The position numbers were made by a program, and so were the translations under genes. This document shows, one piece after another, positions 1-13,962 of a DNA stretch of 64,000 nt. Under the pieces are notes generated by a model. It did not search any database, was not told the origin of the DNA, and saw only the letters and a list, made by a program, of their open reading frames with translations. The stretch is from the NCBI GenBank assembly GCA_964016885.1, contig OZ024740.1:29140001-29204000 (forward strand), given 5' to 3'. Each line of letters begins with the position of its first letter. Position 1 is the stretch's first letter. Source of the stretch: Eledone cirrhosa (lineage: Eukaryota).

Positions 1-2
1 TA

Positions 3-1538
3 GTACAGTGCATACACAGGATCTCCAGCCTTGTACTGCCTGGTAACCTTAGCGACACCTGCCGAGTCCGGAGTCATCTGAGACTTATATGCTTCCTTAG
101 ACTGCTTGCCTTGAGCGATGTGTGCTGGCGAGGGCAGCAGAGAATCAATCCTTGTCCGTATCTGCCGGTGATTCAAAAGTTCACTCGGAGAGAATCCACT
201 GGATGTCGGTGTTCTCCGGTACTGCATCAAGAACTCTTGAAGTGCTCGCTTTGGCGGAAGAGAAGTCTTCCTCGGAGCTTGTTTGAAGGTCTGCACCAAA
301 CGTTCCGCTGCTCCGTTGGTAGCTGGGTGGTAAGGTGCCCCTGTCAGGTGCGTGATCCCACGTTCTTTGCACCAGCTCTGGAACTCCTCAGAAATAAAAG
401 TTGGTGCGTTATCGGTGACTAGCGTGTGAGGAAATCCGAAGTGCGCAAAGTCTTCTTCAAGCAGATCTAAAGTGGCTCTGGAGGACGTGGATGACGTAGG
501 ATGAATGCATGGATACTTGGAATAAGCATCCGTGATGACCAACCAATTACTGCCCATGAAATTTATTGCGTGATCCAGGTGTAAGCGGCTCCAAGGCTTT
601 TCAGGTAACATCCATGGGTGAACTGGAGACTTGGATGGCTGGTTTTGATGTTCACCACACGAATCACATTGTCGACTGGTTTTCTCTATAGCAGCATCGA
701 TACCAGGCCAATAAACAGCAGTTCTTGCCAATTGTTTCATGCACTCCATGCCAAAGTGTCCGAGATGCAGAAGATTGAGGATCTTTGGCTGTAAGCTATG
801 TGGAATCACAACTCTCGATCCATGGATAAGGCATCCGTGGCAGATACTGAGTGAATCCGATAACTTCCGGAACTTATTGACTTCGTCATTGATCTCAGTA
901 TTCTTTGGTGGCCAGCCTTCACGGACGTAGCGTATCACTGTAGATATCACTGGATCTTTCCCTGACTCTTGACGGAGGACGTTAGCATCGATAGGTTGGA
1001 CTTGAAGACTGAGAGCTTTGATGGCGCACACCATGTCCATGTCTTCACCATTTTCCTTCCTGTCAAAGTCGACGTCATTACCAAATGGCAAGCGACTGAG
1101 GGCATCTGCATTGCCATGATCCGCTGTTTTCCGATATTCGATGGTGTAGTCAAATTGGTTCAGCCACAGGGCCCACCGTGCTAGTCGGTTAGCAGCGAGA
1201 AGTGGCGTCCCTTTCCTCGGACTGAACAGTGATGTCAGTGGCTTGTGGTCAGTTACGAGTATAAACTGATGTCCGTACAGATACTGATAGAACTTCTGCA
1301 AGCGAAATATGATGGCCAGGGCTTCCTTTTGAATTTGGCCGTAGTTACGCTGTGCAGAAGTAAGAGTCTTGGACACATTGGATATTGGGCGCTCGCTTCC
1401 ATCAGTATACCTATGAAACAGGACTGCTCCAATTCCAACGTTTGACGCGTCGCAAGCCAGTCCCAAAGTTTTGTTTGGATCGAAGTGTATCAGAACTCGA
1501 TCCGATGAAAGCACATTTTTCGACTGATCGAAAGCTGA
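3..1538 (-). pseudogene. pol: pol, RNase H and integrase part; same frame after the TAG, continuing past the window edge (not in the ORF track)
   Basis: Manual translation: RNase H LACDASNVGIGAVL (Asp 1449-1451), QKEALAII, VTDHKPL, NADALSRL. Integrase HHCC LHLGHFG...YWPGID...CDSC. DDE triad LHLDH (573-575), VTDNAP (411-413), NGAAER (303-305), with D-35-E spacing. Ends ...GDPVYALY at the edge. Confidence 0.92.
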
Positions 1539-2987
1539 CTATTCTTCATCTCCCCACTTCCAAGTAGTCGTTTTTTTCGTAAGGCAATAGAGTGGCTCTG
1601 CCATGCTGGCCAGGTTTGGGATAAACTTTCCATAGAACTGAACTGAACCCAGGAAAGACTTCAAGCTTGAGACGTTCGTTGGAGGTGGCATCTTTAAAAC
1701 TGCTTCGACCTTGGATCCCTTCGCGATCCCTTCAGCCGACAAGGTGTGTCCAAGGTATTCCACACTGGGTAGTGCAAACTGGCACTTGTCACGGCGACAT
1801 CTGAGTCCTTTGTCGCACAGACGTGTGAGCAGACACTTTAGGTTGTTCAGGTGATCGTTTGCATCTTTCCCACTGACGAGCATGTCATCCTGGAAGACGG
1901 CCACACCAGGTAGATCTTGAGTCAGGTTTTCCATGATCTCCTGAAAGTAACCAGGTGCTGACTTGATTCCGAAAGGGAGTCGTTCCTGCAGGAGCACCCC
2001 ACGTTGAGCGCTGAGTGCAGGCCTTCTTTGACTTTCTGGAGCCAGCTTGATCTGATTATAAGAATCAGCAAGATCAATCTTTGTGTATCCGAATCCACCT
2101 CTGAGCTTCTGCATCAGTTCCTCTGGGAGTAGCATTGGATGACGATGATCTGCAAGTTGGTCATTAATTCCCACAGAGTAGTCACCACAAATCCGTAGTT
2201 TGGGCTTCAGGTTGCCTGAAGTATGTGCTTTACGAATCGGTACCACTAGCGTTCCGTATTCGTTGAACTGTACTGGCTTCCAGATTCCTTTGGCGATGCC
2301 TTCTTCGTAACCTTTGGCCAGGTCATCACGAAGAGCAAACGGGACCGGGCGTGCCTTGTGAAAGACCGGTGTCGCGTCCGACTTGAACTTCACTTCCAGT
2401 TCGAAGTCATTAAGACATCCCAATTCTTGCTTGAAGAGATCTGGGAATTCATCACACATGTTGTGACAATCTCGTTGCATGGAAATATAGGGCTCATTTG
2501 AGGTCTTTGGATGTATCACTTCTGCATCCTCACTCTTGGCCTGGCTGTCTATGCTTTTCAATCCTAGAGCATTGTCCACGGAAATTCCCAGAGTCTGGAT
2601 AGCGTTTCGTCCCAGCAAATTAAGATCAGAGACCTTGGTGACGATGTAGGGTATTGAATTCCGTTTACCGGTCGTTGGATCCTTGGTTTGGCCTATGAAA
2701 GTTCCCAGAACGGGCAGGTCGTGCTTGCTGGCAGATTCAAACCGATGTTTGACATCTTGCAGCTTCGGTTTTCTTAATTGTTTCCAAACTGACAAGGAAA
2801 CAAAATTGCCTGTAGTAGCTGTGTCCAATTCCATTGTGAAAAGTCTGTTCTGGATTGTTATTGGCACATTCAAACTATGAGTATCGTAGGGAACTTCACC
2901 AAGGATCGCCTTGACTAGCTCAGCTTTCGTGATTCTTTTCACGTAATTCTGTGAGCGATGATTACGTTGCTGATGTTGTTTCTTTCT
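1539..2987 (-). pseudogene. pol: pol, aspartic protease and reverse transcriptase part (C-terminal part of ORF 1539..3293)
   Basis: Protease MELDTATTGNF (Asp at 2823-2825) and NLLGRN. RT motifs LRICGDYS, KIDLADSYNQI, RLPFGIKSAPGYFQ, FQDD (1884-1895) and VEYLGH. Ends at a premature TAG at 1539-1541 (WKWGDEE*SAF). Confidence 0.93.
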
Positions 2988-3299
2988 ACACACCGCTTGC
3001 AAATGTCCCTTTTTGTCACAAAAATGGCATTTGGCTTCTTTGAAGGGGAAGTCTGTCGCTTTGTGGGCCTTTCCACATCGGTAGCACATCTCCTGGTCTG
3101 TGGAATAAGACTGCTGATGGTTCTTTCGAGGACCATTGTTCTTGTTCTGCTGGACCTTGTAGACTTGCTTGGTTTTGGAACCGTAAACAGTTTCCTTGGC
3201 AAACTTTGCTGCGTCTTCGGTCCCGATGGCAACTTGGACCACACGGGCGAAATCTAGTTCTGTATCCTCGATCTTGAAAATAGCCTTCAACACAGCTTC

Positions 3300-3505
3300 A
3301 TTATTGACAGAAGTGGATTGGCAGTATCGGTAGAAGGTCGGACGCCATACTTTCCAGCATAGTTACGTCCCTTTACGATCTGAGTTCAAATCCCGCCGAG
3401 GTTGACTTTGCCTTTCATCCTTACGGGGTCGATAAAATAAAGTACCAGTAATGCACTGGGTAATTGCTGGCCTTGTGCCTAAAGTAGAAACAATTATTGA
3501 CAGAA
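3300..3505. repeat. 13-bp target-site duplication ATTATTGACAGAA (3300-3312 and 3493-3505)
   Basis: Exact direct repeat read from the sequence; the adjacent bases differ on both sides. Confidence 0.95.
3313..3492 (+). mobile_element. tRNA-derived SINE inserted antisense into gag
   Basis: Pol III A-box-like TGGCAGTATCGG (3319-3330) and B-box GAGTTCAAATCC (3382-3393). Central GACTTTGCCTTTCATCCTTACGGGGTCGATAAAATAAAGTACCAG. Flanked by a 13-bp direct repeat. Removing 193 bp restores the gag-pol frame. Confidence 0.9.
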
Positions 3506-4112
3506 CATATAAATCTCTGTCTTAGAGCTTCATCTTGTGGTTTTGTGATCGAAGGAAAATCACAGGTAGCTGCATCCTGACGTATACGTGCTGCCAGCTC
3601 CTGGAGAGTTTCGCCTGGCTTCCGTTGCATGTCACTCCAGAACTTGAAACGTTCTCTCACAATAAAAAGTTTTGGGTCGAAATGTTCTTTCATGAAGTCA
3701 ACAATTTAGTCCATTGTCAACTTATTGATATACTTAGGCTGATTTTGTTGAGCAGCCAGATTTGCAAGTTGTTTGTAGATAGCAGCCGTCAAATTAGTCA
3801 GGAACACTTGTGCCATGCGTTGCTCGGGTACAGCGTTAGCAGCCACAAACGTGCAGAATCTTGACCACTAATCAGGCCATTGTTCCGTTGTTGAATCAAA
3901 AGCAGCAAATGGTGGGATGAATACTGTTGGTGTCGAAGTAAATGGCGACGCCAATAAACTCTGTTGTTCAGAATCTCGAGCACCAAACTGTTTTATCAGA
4001 GTGTCCATATCTTTCTTGTGTTGTTGAATTTGTTGTTCCATCTGTTCTCTAAACAACTTTATTAGCTCCGCTGTTTGTTGTTCCACCATGTTTTTATGAT
4101 AAACAATTTCCT

Positions 4113-4145
4113 GGCAATGTAGGTAAATCCTATCGGCAATGTAGG
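4113..4145. repeat. 11-bp direct repeat GGCAATGTAGG (4113-4123 and 4135-4145)
   Basis: Read directly; the copies are 22 bp apart and span the putative LTR/PBS junction. Confidence 0.85.
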
Positions 4146-4157
4146 GAAAAAAATACA
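4127..4157 (-). promoter_or_regulatory. Putative 5' LTR 3'-end remnant (TGTATTTTTTTCCCTACA, 4157-4140) followed by a degenerate primer-binding site (TTGCCGATAGGAT, 4139-4127)
   Basis: An ...ACA terminus is directly followed by a motif resembling the TGGCGACGAGGAT-type PBS of Mag-like elements, ~40 bp upstream of the gag ATG. It lacks the canonical TGG, so the call is tentative. Confidence 0.5.
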
Positions 4158-4739
4158 CCAACAACACCAACAACACCAACAAAATCAACAACACCAACAG
4201 CAACATCCCAAACAACAACACCAACAACAACACCAACAACAACAACAACAACAACAACAACACCAACAACACCAACAACAACACCAGAAACACCAACTAC
4301 ACCAACACCAAAAACAGCAACAACACCAATAACACCAACAACACCAACAACACCAACACCAACAACACCAACAACAACACCAACAACAAAAACACCAACA
4401 ACACCAACAACACCAACAACAACACCAACAACACCAACAACACCAACAACATCACCAACAACAACACCAACAACACCAACAACACCAACAGCAACACCAA
4501 CAACACTAACAACACCAACAACACCAACAACAACAACACCAACAACACCAACAACAACAACAACAACACCAACAACACGAACAACACCAACACCAAAACC
4601 CCAACAACACCAACAACACAACAACACCAACACCAACATCCCAAACAACAACAACACCAACAACACCAACACCAACAACAACAACACCAACAACACCAAC
4701 AACAACAACACCAACAACACCAACAACACCAACACCAAC

Positions 4740-7700
4740 AACACCAACAATACCAACAATAACACCAACACGAACAACACCAACAACGCCAACAACACCA
4801 ACCATACCAACAACACCAACAACACCATCACCAACACCAACAACACCAACAACACCAACATCCCAAACAACAACAACACCAACAACACCAACCATACCAA
4901 CAACACCAACAACACCAACACCAACAACAACAACACCAACAACACCATCAACAACAACACCAACAACACCAACAACACCAACAACACCAACAACAACACC
5001 AGCACCAACAACAACACCAACAACAACAACACCAACAGCACCAACAAGAACACCAACACCAAAGACACAAACAACACCATCAACACCAACACCAACATCC
5101 CAAAAAACAACAACACCAACAACAACACCAACAACACCAACACCAACAACACCAACAACAGCACCAACAACAACAACACCAACAACACCAACAACACCAA
5201 TAAGACCAATAGCAACAACAACAACACCAACAACACCAACACCAACACCAACAACAACACCAACAACACCAACACCAACATCCCAAACAGCAACACCAAC
5301 AACAACACCAACAACAACAACACCAACAACACCAACAACACCAACAACAACACCAACACCAACAACACAAACAACACCAACAACACCAACAACACCAACA
5401 ACACCAACACCAACAACACCAACAACAACACCAACAACAACAACACCAACAACGCCAACAACACCAACAGCACCAACAACACCAACAACAACACCAACAT
5501 CACCAACACCAACAAGGCCAACAACACCAACAACACCAACACCAACATCCCAAACAACAACGACACCAACAACAACACCAACAACACCAACAACACCAAC
5601 ACCAACAACACCAACAAAAGCACCAACAACAACAACACCAACAAAACCAACAACACCAACAACACCAACAACAATAACAACAACACCAACAACACCAACA
5701 CCTACATCCCACACAACAACACCAACAACAACACCAACAACAACAACACCAACAACACAAATAACACCAACAACAACACCAACAACACCAACTACACAAA
5801 CACCAACAACACCAACAACACCAACAACACCAACAACACCAACACCAACATCCCAAACAACACCAACAACACTAACAACACCTACACCAACAACAACAAC
5901 AACACCAACAACACCAACAACAACAACAACAACAACACCAACAACACCAACATCCCAAACAACAACAACAACACCAACAACAACACCAATAACACCAACA
6001 CCAACAACAACACCAACAACAAAACCAACAACACCAACACTAACACCAACAACACCAACACCAACACCAACAACACCAACACCAACAACAACAAAACAAA
6101 CACCAACAACACCACCAACACCAACATCAACACCAACAAAAACAACACCAACAACACCAACACCAACGACACCAACAACACCACCAACAACAAAAACACC
6201 AACATCACCAACAACACCAACAACAACACCAACAAAACCAACAACAACAACAACAACAACACCAACAACACCAACATCCCAAACAACAACAACAACACCA
6301 ACAACAACACCAATAACACCAACACCAACAACAACACCAACAACAAAACCAACAACACCAACACTAACACCAACAACACCAACACCAACACCAACAACAC
6401 CAACACCAACAACAACAAAACAAACACCAACAACACCACCAACACCAACATCAACACCAACACAAACAACACCAACAACACCAACACCAACGACACCAAC
6501 AACACCACCAACAACAAAAACACCAACATCAACAACAACACCAACAACAACACCAACAACACCATCAACACCAAAAACACCACAACAACAACACCAACAA
6601 CACCAACAACACCAACAACAACACCAACAACACCAACAACACCAACAACACCAACACCAATAACCCCAACAACACCAACAACACCAACAACACCAACAAC
6701 AATAACAACAACACCAACAACACCAACACCAACATCCCACACAACAACAACTACACAAACAACAACACCAACACCAACAACACCAACAACACCAACAACA
6801 ACACCAACAACACCATCACCAACATCCCAAACAACAACACCAACAACAACACCAACAACAACAACACCAACAACAACAATAACACCAACAACAACACCAA
6901 CAACACCAACTACACCAACACTAACAACACCAACAACACCAACAACACCAACAACACCAACACCAACATCCCAAACAACACCAACAACACTAACAACACC
7001 AACACCAACAACAACATCAACACCAACAATACCAACAACAACAACAACGACAACAACACCAATAAAACCAACACCAACAACAACACCAACTACAACACCA
7101 ACAACACCAACAACACCAACACTAACACGAACAACACCAACACCAACACCAACAACACCAACACCAACAACAACAACACCAACACCAACAACACCACCAA
7201 CACCAACATCAACACCAACACAAACAACACCAACAACACTAACACCAACAACACCAACAACACCACCAACAACATAAACACCAACATCACCAACAACACC
7301 AACAACAACACCAACAACACCATCAACACCAAAAACACCACAACAACAACACCAACAACACCAACAACACCAACAACAACACCAACAAAACCAACAACAC
7401 CAACAACACCAACAACAATAACCCCAACAACACCAACAACACCAACAACACCAACACCAACAACACCAAAAATACCAACAATAACACCAACACGAACAAC
7501 ACCAACAACGCCAACAACACCAACCATACCAACAACACCAACAACACCATCACCAACACCAACAACACCAACAACACCAACATCCCAAACAACAACAACA
7601 CCAACAACACCAACCATACCAACAACAACAACAACACCAACAACACCAACCATACCAACAACACCAACAACACCAACACCAACAACAACAACACCAACAA

Positions 7701-10010
7701 CACCAACAACAACAACACCAGCACCAACAAGAACACCAACAACAACAACACCAACAGCACCAACAAGAACACCAACACCAAAGACACAAACAACACCATC
7801 AACACCAATACCAACATCCCAAAAAACAACAACACCAACAACAACACCAACAACACCAACACCAACAACACCAACAACAGCACCAACACCAACAACACCA
7901 ACAACACCAACAACACCAATAAGACCAATAGCAACAACAACAACACCAACAACACCAACACCAACACCAACAACAACACCAACAACACCAACACCAACAT
8001 CCCAAACAACAACACCAACAACAACACCAACTACAACAACACCAACAACACCAACAACACCAACAACAACACCAACACCAACAACACAAACAACACCAAC
8101 AACACCAACAACACCAACAACACCAACACCAACAACACCAACAACAACACCAACAACAACAACACCAACAACGCCAACAGCACCAACAGCACCAACAACA
8201 CCAACAACAACACCAACATCACCAACACCAACAAGGCCAACAACACCAACAACACCAACACCAACATCCCAAACAACAACGACACCAACAACAACACCAA
8301 CAACACCAACAACACCAACACCAACAACACCAACAAAAGCACCAACAACAACAACACCAACAAAACCAACAACACCAACAACACCAACAACAATAACAAC
8401 AACACCAACAACACCAACACCTACATCCCACACAACAACAACTACACAAACAACACCAACAACACCAACACCAACAACAACAACAACACCAACAACACCA
8501 ACATCCCAAACAACAACAACAACACCAACAACAACACCAATAACACCAACACCAACAACAACACCAACAACAAAACCAACAACACCAACACTAACACCAA
8601 CAACACCAACACCAACACCAACAACACCAACACCAACACCAACAACAACAAAACAAACACCAACAACACCACCAACACCAACATCAACACCAACAAAAAC
8701 AACACCAACAACACCAACACCAACGACACCAACAACACCACCAACAACAAAAACACCAACATCACCAACAACACCAACAACAACACCAACAAAACCAACA
8801 ACAACAACAACAACAACACCAACAACACCAACATCCCAGACAACAACAACAACACCAACAACAACACCAATAACACCAACACCAACAACAACACCAACAA
8901 CAAAACCAACAACACCAACACTAACACCAACAACACCAACACCAACAGCAACAACACCAACACCAACAACAACAAAACAAACACCAACAACACCACCAAC
9001 ACCAACATCAACACCAACACAAACAACACCAACAACACCAACACCAACGACACCAACAACACCACCAACAACAAAAACACCAACATCACCAACAACACCA
9101 ACAACAACACCAACAACACCATCAACACCAAAAACACCACAACAACAACACCAACAACACCAACAACACCAACAACAACACCAACAACACCAACAACACC
9201 AACAACACCAACACCAATAACCCCAACAACACCAACAACACCAACAACACCAACAACACCAACAACAATAACAACAACACCAACAACACCAACACCAACA
9301 TCCCACACAACAAGAACTACACAAACAACAACACCAACACCAACAACACCAACAACACCAACAACAACACCAACAACACCATCACCAACATCCCAAACAA
9401 CAACACCAACAACAACACCAACAACAACAAAACCAACAACAACAATAACACCAACAACAACACCAACAACACCAACTACACCAACACTAACAACACCAAC
9501 AACACCAACAACACCAACAACACCAACACCAACATCCCAAACAACACCAACAACACTAACAACACCAACACCAACAACAACAACAACACCAACAATACCA
9601 ACAACAACAACAACACCAATAAAACCAACACCAACAACAACACCAACAACAACACCAACAACACCAACAACACCAACACTAACACGAACAACACCAACAC
9701 CAACACCAACAACACCAACACCAACAACAACAACACCAACACCAACAACACCACCAACACCAACATCAACACCAACACAAACAACACCAACAACACTAAC
9801 ACCAACAACACCAACAACACCACCAACAACATAAACACCAACATCACCAACAACACCAACAACAACACCAACAACACCATCAACACCAAAAACACCACAA
9901 CAACAACACCAACAACACCAACAACACCAACAACAACACCAACAAAACCAACAACACCAACAACACCAACAACAATAACCCCAACAACACCAACAACACC
10001 AACAACACCA
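4740..10010. repeat. Higher-order tandem duplication, ~2.56-2.72 kb unit
   Basis: Rare markers recur in order: AAAGACACAAAC (~5061/~7780), AATAAGACCAATAGC (~5199/~7918), AACAAGGCC (~5511/~8230). ORF stops at 6565/9122 and 7323/9880 are both offset by 2557. Boundaries are approximate. Confidence 0.8.
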
Positions 10011-13000
10011 ACACCAACAACCCAAACATCAACAACACCAACAACACCAACACCAACAACACCAACAACAACACCAACAACACCAACACCAACAACACCA
10101 ACACCAACAACACTAATAACAACACCAACACCAACATCAACGACACCAACAACAACAACACCAACAACACCAACAACACCAACAACAACACCAACAACAC
10201 CAACAACACAAACAGCACCAACAACACCAACCACGACACCAACAACACCAACACCAACAACACCAACAACACCAACAACACCAACACCAACATCCAAAAC
10301 AACAATAACAACACCAACAACAACACCAACAACACCAACACCAACAACACCAACAACAGCACCAACAACAACAACACCAACAACACCAACAACACCAACA
10401 ACACCAACAACAACAACAACAACACCAACAACACAAACACCAACATCCCACACAACAACAACAACACCAACAACAACACCAACAACACCAACACCAACAA
10501 CACCAACAACAACACCAACAACACCAACAACACCAACAACAACACCAACAACACCAACACCAACATCCCAAACAACAACACCAACAACAACACCAACAAC
10601 AACAACACCAACAACACCAACAACACCAACAACAACACCAACACCAACAACACAAACAACACCAACAACACCAACAACACCAACAACACCAACAACACCA
10701 ACAACAACAACACCAACAACGCCAACAACACCAACAGCACCAACAACACCAACAACAACACCAACATCACCAACACCAACAACACCAACACCAACATCCC
10801 AAACAACAACGACACCAACAACAACACCAACAACACCAACAACACCAGCACCAACAACACCAACAAAAGCACCAACAACAACAACACCAACAAAACCAAC
10901 AACACCAACAACACCAACAACAATAACAACAACACCAACAACACCAACACTTACATCCCACACAACAACAACTACACAAACAACACCAACAACACCAACA
11001 CCAACAACACCAACAACAACAAAAACAACACCATCACCAACATCCCAAACAACAACACCAACAACAACACCAACAACAACAACACCAACAACACCAATAA
11101 CACCAACAACAACACCAACAACACCAACTACACAAACACCAACAACACCAACAACACCAACAACACCAACACCAACATCCCAAACAACACCAACAACACT
11201 AACAACACCTACACCAACAACAACAACAACACCAACAACACCAACAACAACAACAACAACAACACCAACAACACCAACATCCCAAACAACAACAACAACA
11301 CCAACAACAACACCAATAACACCAACACCAACAACAACACCAACAACAAAACCAACAACACCAACACTAACACCAACAACACCAACACCAACAACACCAA
11401 CACCAACAACAACAAAACAAACACCAACAACACCACCAACACCAACATCAACACCAACACAAACAACACCAACAACACCAACACCAACGACACCAACAAC
11501 ACCACCAACAACAAAAACACCAACATCACCAACAACACCAACAACAACACCAACAACACCATCAACACCAAAAACACCACAACAACAACACCAACAACAC
11601 CAACAACACCAACAACAACACCAACAACACCAACAACACCAACAACACCAACACCAATAACCCCAACAACACCAACAACACCAACAACACCAACAACACC
11701 AACAACAATAACAACAACACCAACAACACCAACACCAACATCCCACACAACAACAACTACACAAACAACAACACCAACACCAACAACACCAACAACACCA
11801 ACAACAATACCAACAACACCATCACCAACATCCCAAACAACAACACCAACAACAACACCAACAACAACAACACCAACAACAACAATAACACCAACAACAA
11901 CACCAACAACACCAACTACACCAATACTAACAACACCAACAACACCAACAACACCAACACCAACAACACCAACAAAAGCACCAACAACAACAACACCAAC
12001 AAAACCAACAACACCAACAACACCAACAACAATAACAACAACACCAACAACACCAACACCTACATCCCACACAACAACAACTACACAAACAACACCAACA
12101 ACACCAACACCAACAACACCAACAACAACAAAAACAACACCATCACCAACATCCCAAACAACAACACCAACAACAACACCAACAACAACAACACCAACAA
12201 CACCAATAACACCAACAACAACACCAACAACACCAACTACACAAACACCAACAACACCAACAACACCAACAACACCAACAACACCAACACCAACATCCCA
12301 AACAACACCAACAACACTAACAACACCTACACCAACAACAACAACAACACCAACAACACCAACAACAACAACAACAACAACACCAACAACACCAACATCC
12401 CAAACAACAGCAACAACACCAACAACAACACCAATAACACCAACACCAACAACAACACCAACAACAAAACCAACAACACCAACACTAACACCAACAACAC
12501 CAACACCAACACCAACAACACCAACACCAACAACAACAAAACAAACACCAACAACACCACCAACACCAACATCAACACCAACACAAACAACACCAACAAC
12601 ACCAACACCAACGACACCAACAACACCACCAACAACAAAAACACCAACATCACCAACAACACCAACAACAACACCAACAACACCAACAACAACAACAACA
12701 ACACCAACAACACCAACATCCCAAACAACAACAACAACACCAACAACAACACCAATAACACCAACACCAACAACAACACCAACAACAAAACCAACAACAC
12801 CAACACTAACACCAACAACACCAACACCAACACCAACAATACCAACACCAACAACAACAATACAAACACCAACAACACCACCAACACCAACATCAACACC
12901 AACACAAACAACACCAACAACACCAACACCAACGACACCAACAACACCACCAACAACAAAAACACCAACATCACCAACAACACCAACAACAACAACACCA

Positions 13001-13962
13001 TCAACACCAAAAACACCACAACAACAACACCAACAACACCAACAACACCAACAACAACACCAACAACACCAACAACACCAACAACACCAACAACACCAAC
13101 ACCAATAACCCCAACAACACCAACAACACCAACAACACCAACAACACCAACAACAATAACAACAACACCAACAACACCAACACCAACATCCCACACAACA
13201 ACAACTACACAAACAACAACACCAACACCAACAACACCAACAACACCAACAACAACAACACCAACAACACCAACAACACCAACAACAACACCAACAACAC
13301 CAACAACACCAACAGCACCAGCAACACCAACCACGACACCAACAACACCAACACCAACAACACCAACAACACCAACAACACCAACAACACCAACACCAAC
13401 ATCCAAAACAACAATAACACCAACAACAACACCAACAACACCAACACCAACAACACCAACAACAGCACCAACAACAACAACACCAGCAACACCAACAACA
13501 CCAACAACACCAACAACAACAACAACAACACCAACAACTCAAACACCAACATCCCACACAACAACAACAACACCAACAACAACACCAACAACACCAACAC
13601 CAACAACACCAACAACAACACCAACAACACCAACAACACCAACAACAACACCAACAACACCAACACCAACATCCCAAACAACAACACCAACAACAACACC
13701 AACAACAACAACACCAACAACACCAACAACACCAACAACAACACCAACACCAACAACACAAACAACACCAACAACACCAACAACACCAACAACACCAACA
13801 CCAACAACACCAACAACAACACCAACAACAACAACACCAACAACGCCAACAACACCAACAGCACCAACAACACCAACAACAACACCAACATCACCAACAC
13901 CAACAAGGCCAACAACAACAACAACACCACACCAACATCCCAAACAACAACGACACCAACAA

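Larger units (their letters stand above)
2988..4089 (-). pseudogene. gag: gag (capsid and two zinc knuckles), disrupted
   Basis: ATG at 4089 (MVEQQTAELIKLF...PPFAAFDSTTEQWPD*WSRF...). In-frame stops TAG 3868-3870 and TAA 3706-3708. Gag-like ERFKFWSDMQRKPGETLQELAARIRQDAATCDF. SINE inserted in FICSVNN|EAVLKAIF. Knuckles CYRCGKAHKATDF (last C replaced by F) and CHFCDKKGHLQAVC at 2988-3086. Confidence 0.9.
1..4157 (-). mobile_element. Ty3/gypsy LTR retrotransposon (Mag-like), degenerate; 3' part beyond the left edge, 5' LTR almost entirely missing
   Basis: Domain order is gag-CCHC-PR-RT-RNaseH-IN, with integrase after RT/RH (gypsy order). All domains are in one reading frame once the SINE is removed. 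An LTR-end-like CCCTACA and a PBS-like motif lie upstream of the gag ATG. Confidence 0.95.

Noticed and set aside
1539-1541. Programmed stop-codon readthrough at the TAG
   Set aside because: It lies in the RT-RNase H connection, not at a gag/pol boundary. Two other nonsense codons show the copy is decaying.
3313-3400. tRNA gene
   Set aside because: A and B boxes are present, but I could not fold a cloverleaf. The sequence continues into a SINE body bounded by a TSD.
111-3986. Short plus-strand and alternate-frame ORFs over the retroelement
   Set aside because: They are shadow ORFs of gag-pol with no recognisable motifs.
3868-4296. In-frame fusion of a repeat-derived Leu/Val segment to the Gag N-terminus
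   Set aside because: It has a non-ATG start inside the repeat, and frame continuity across a short leader is likely chance. The true start is probably ATG 4089, and gag has a stop at 3868.
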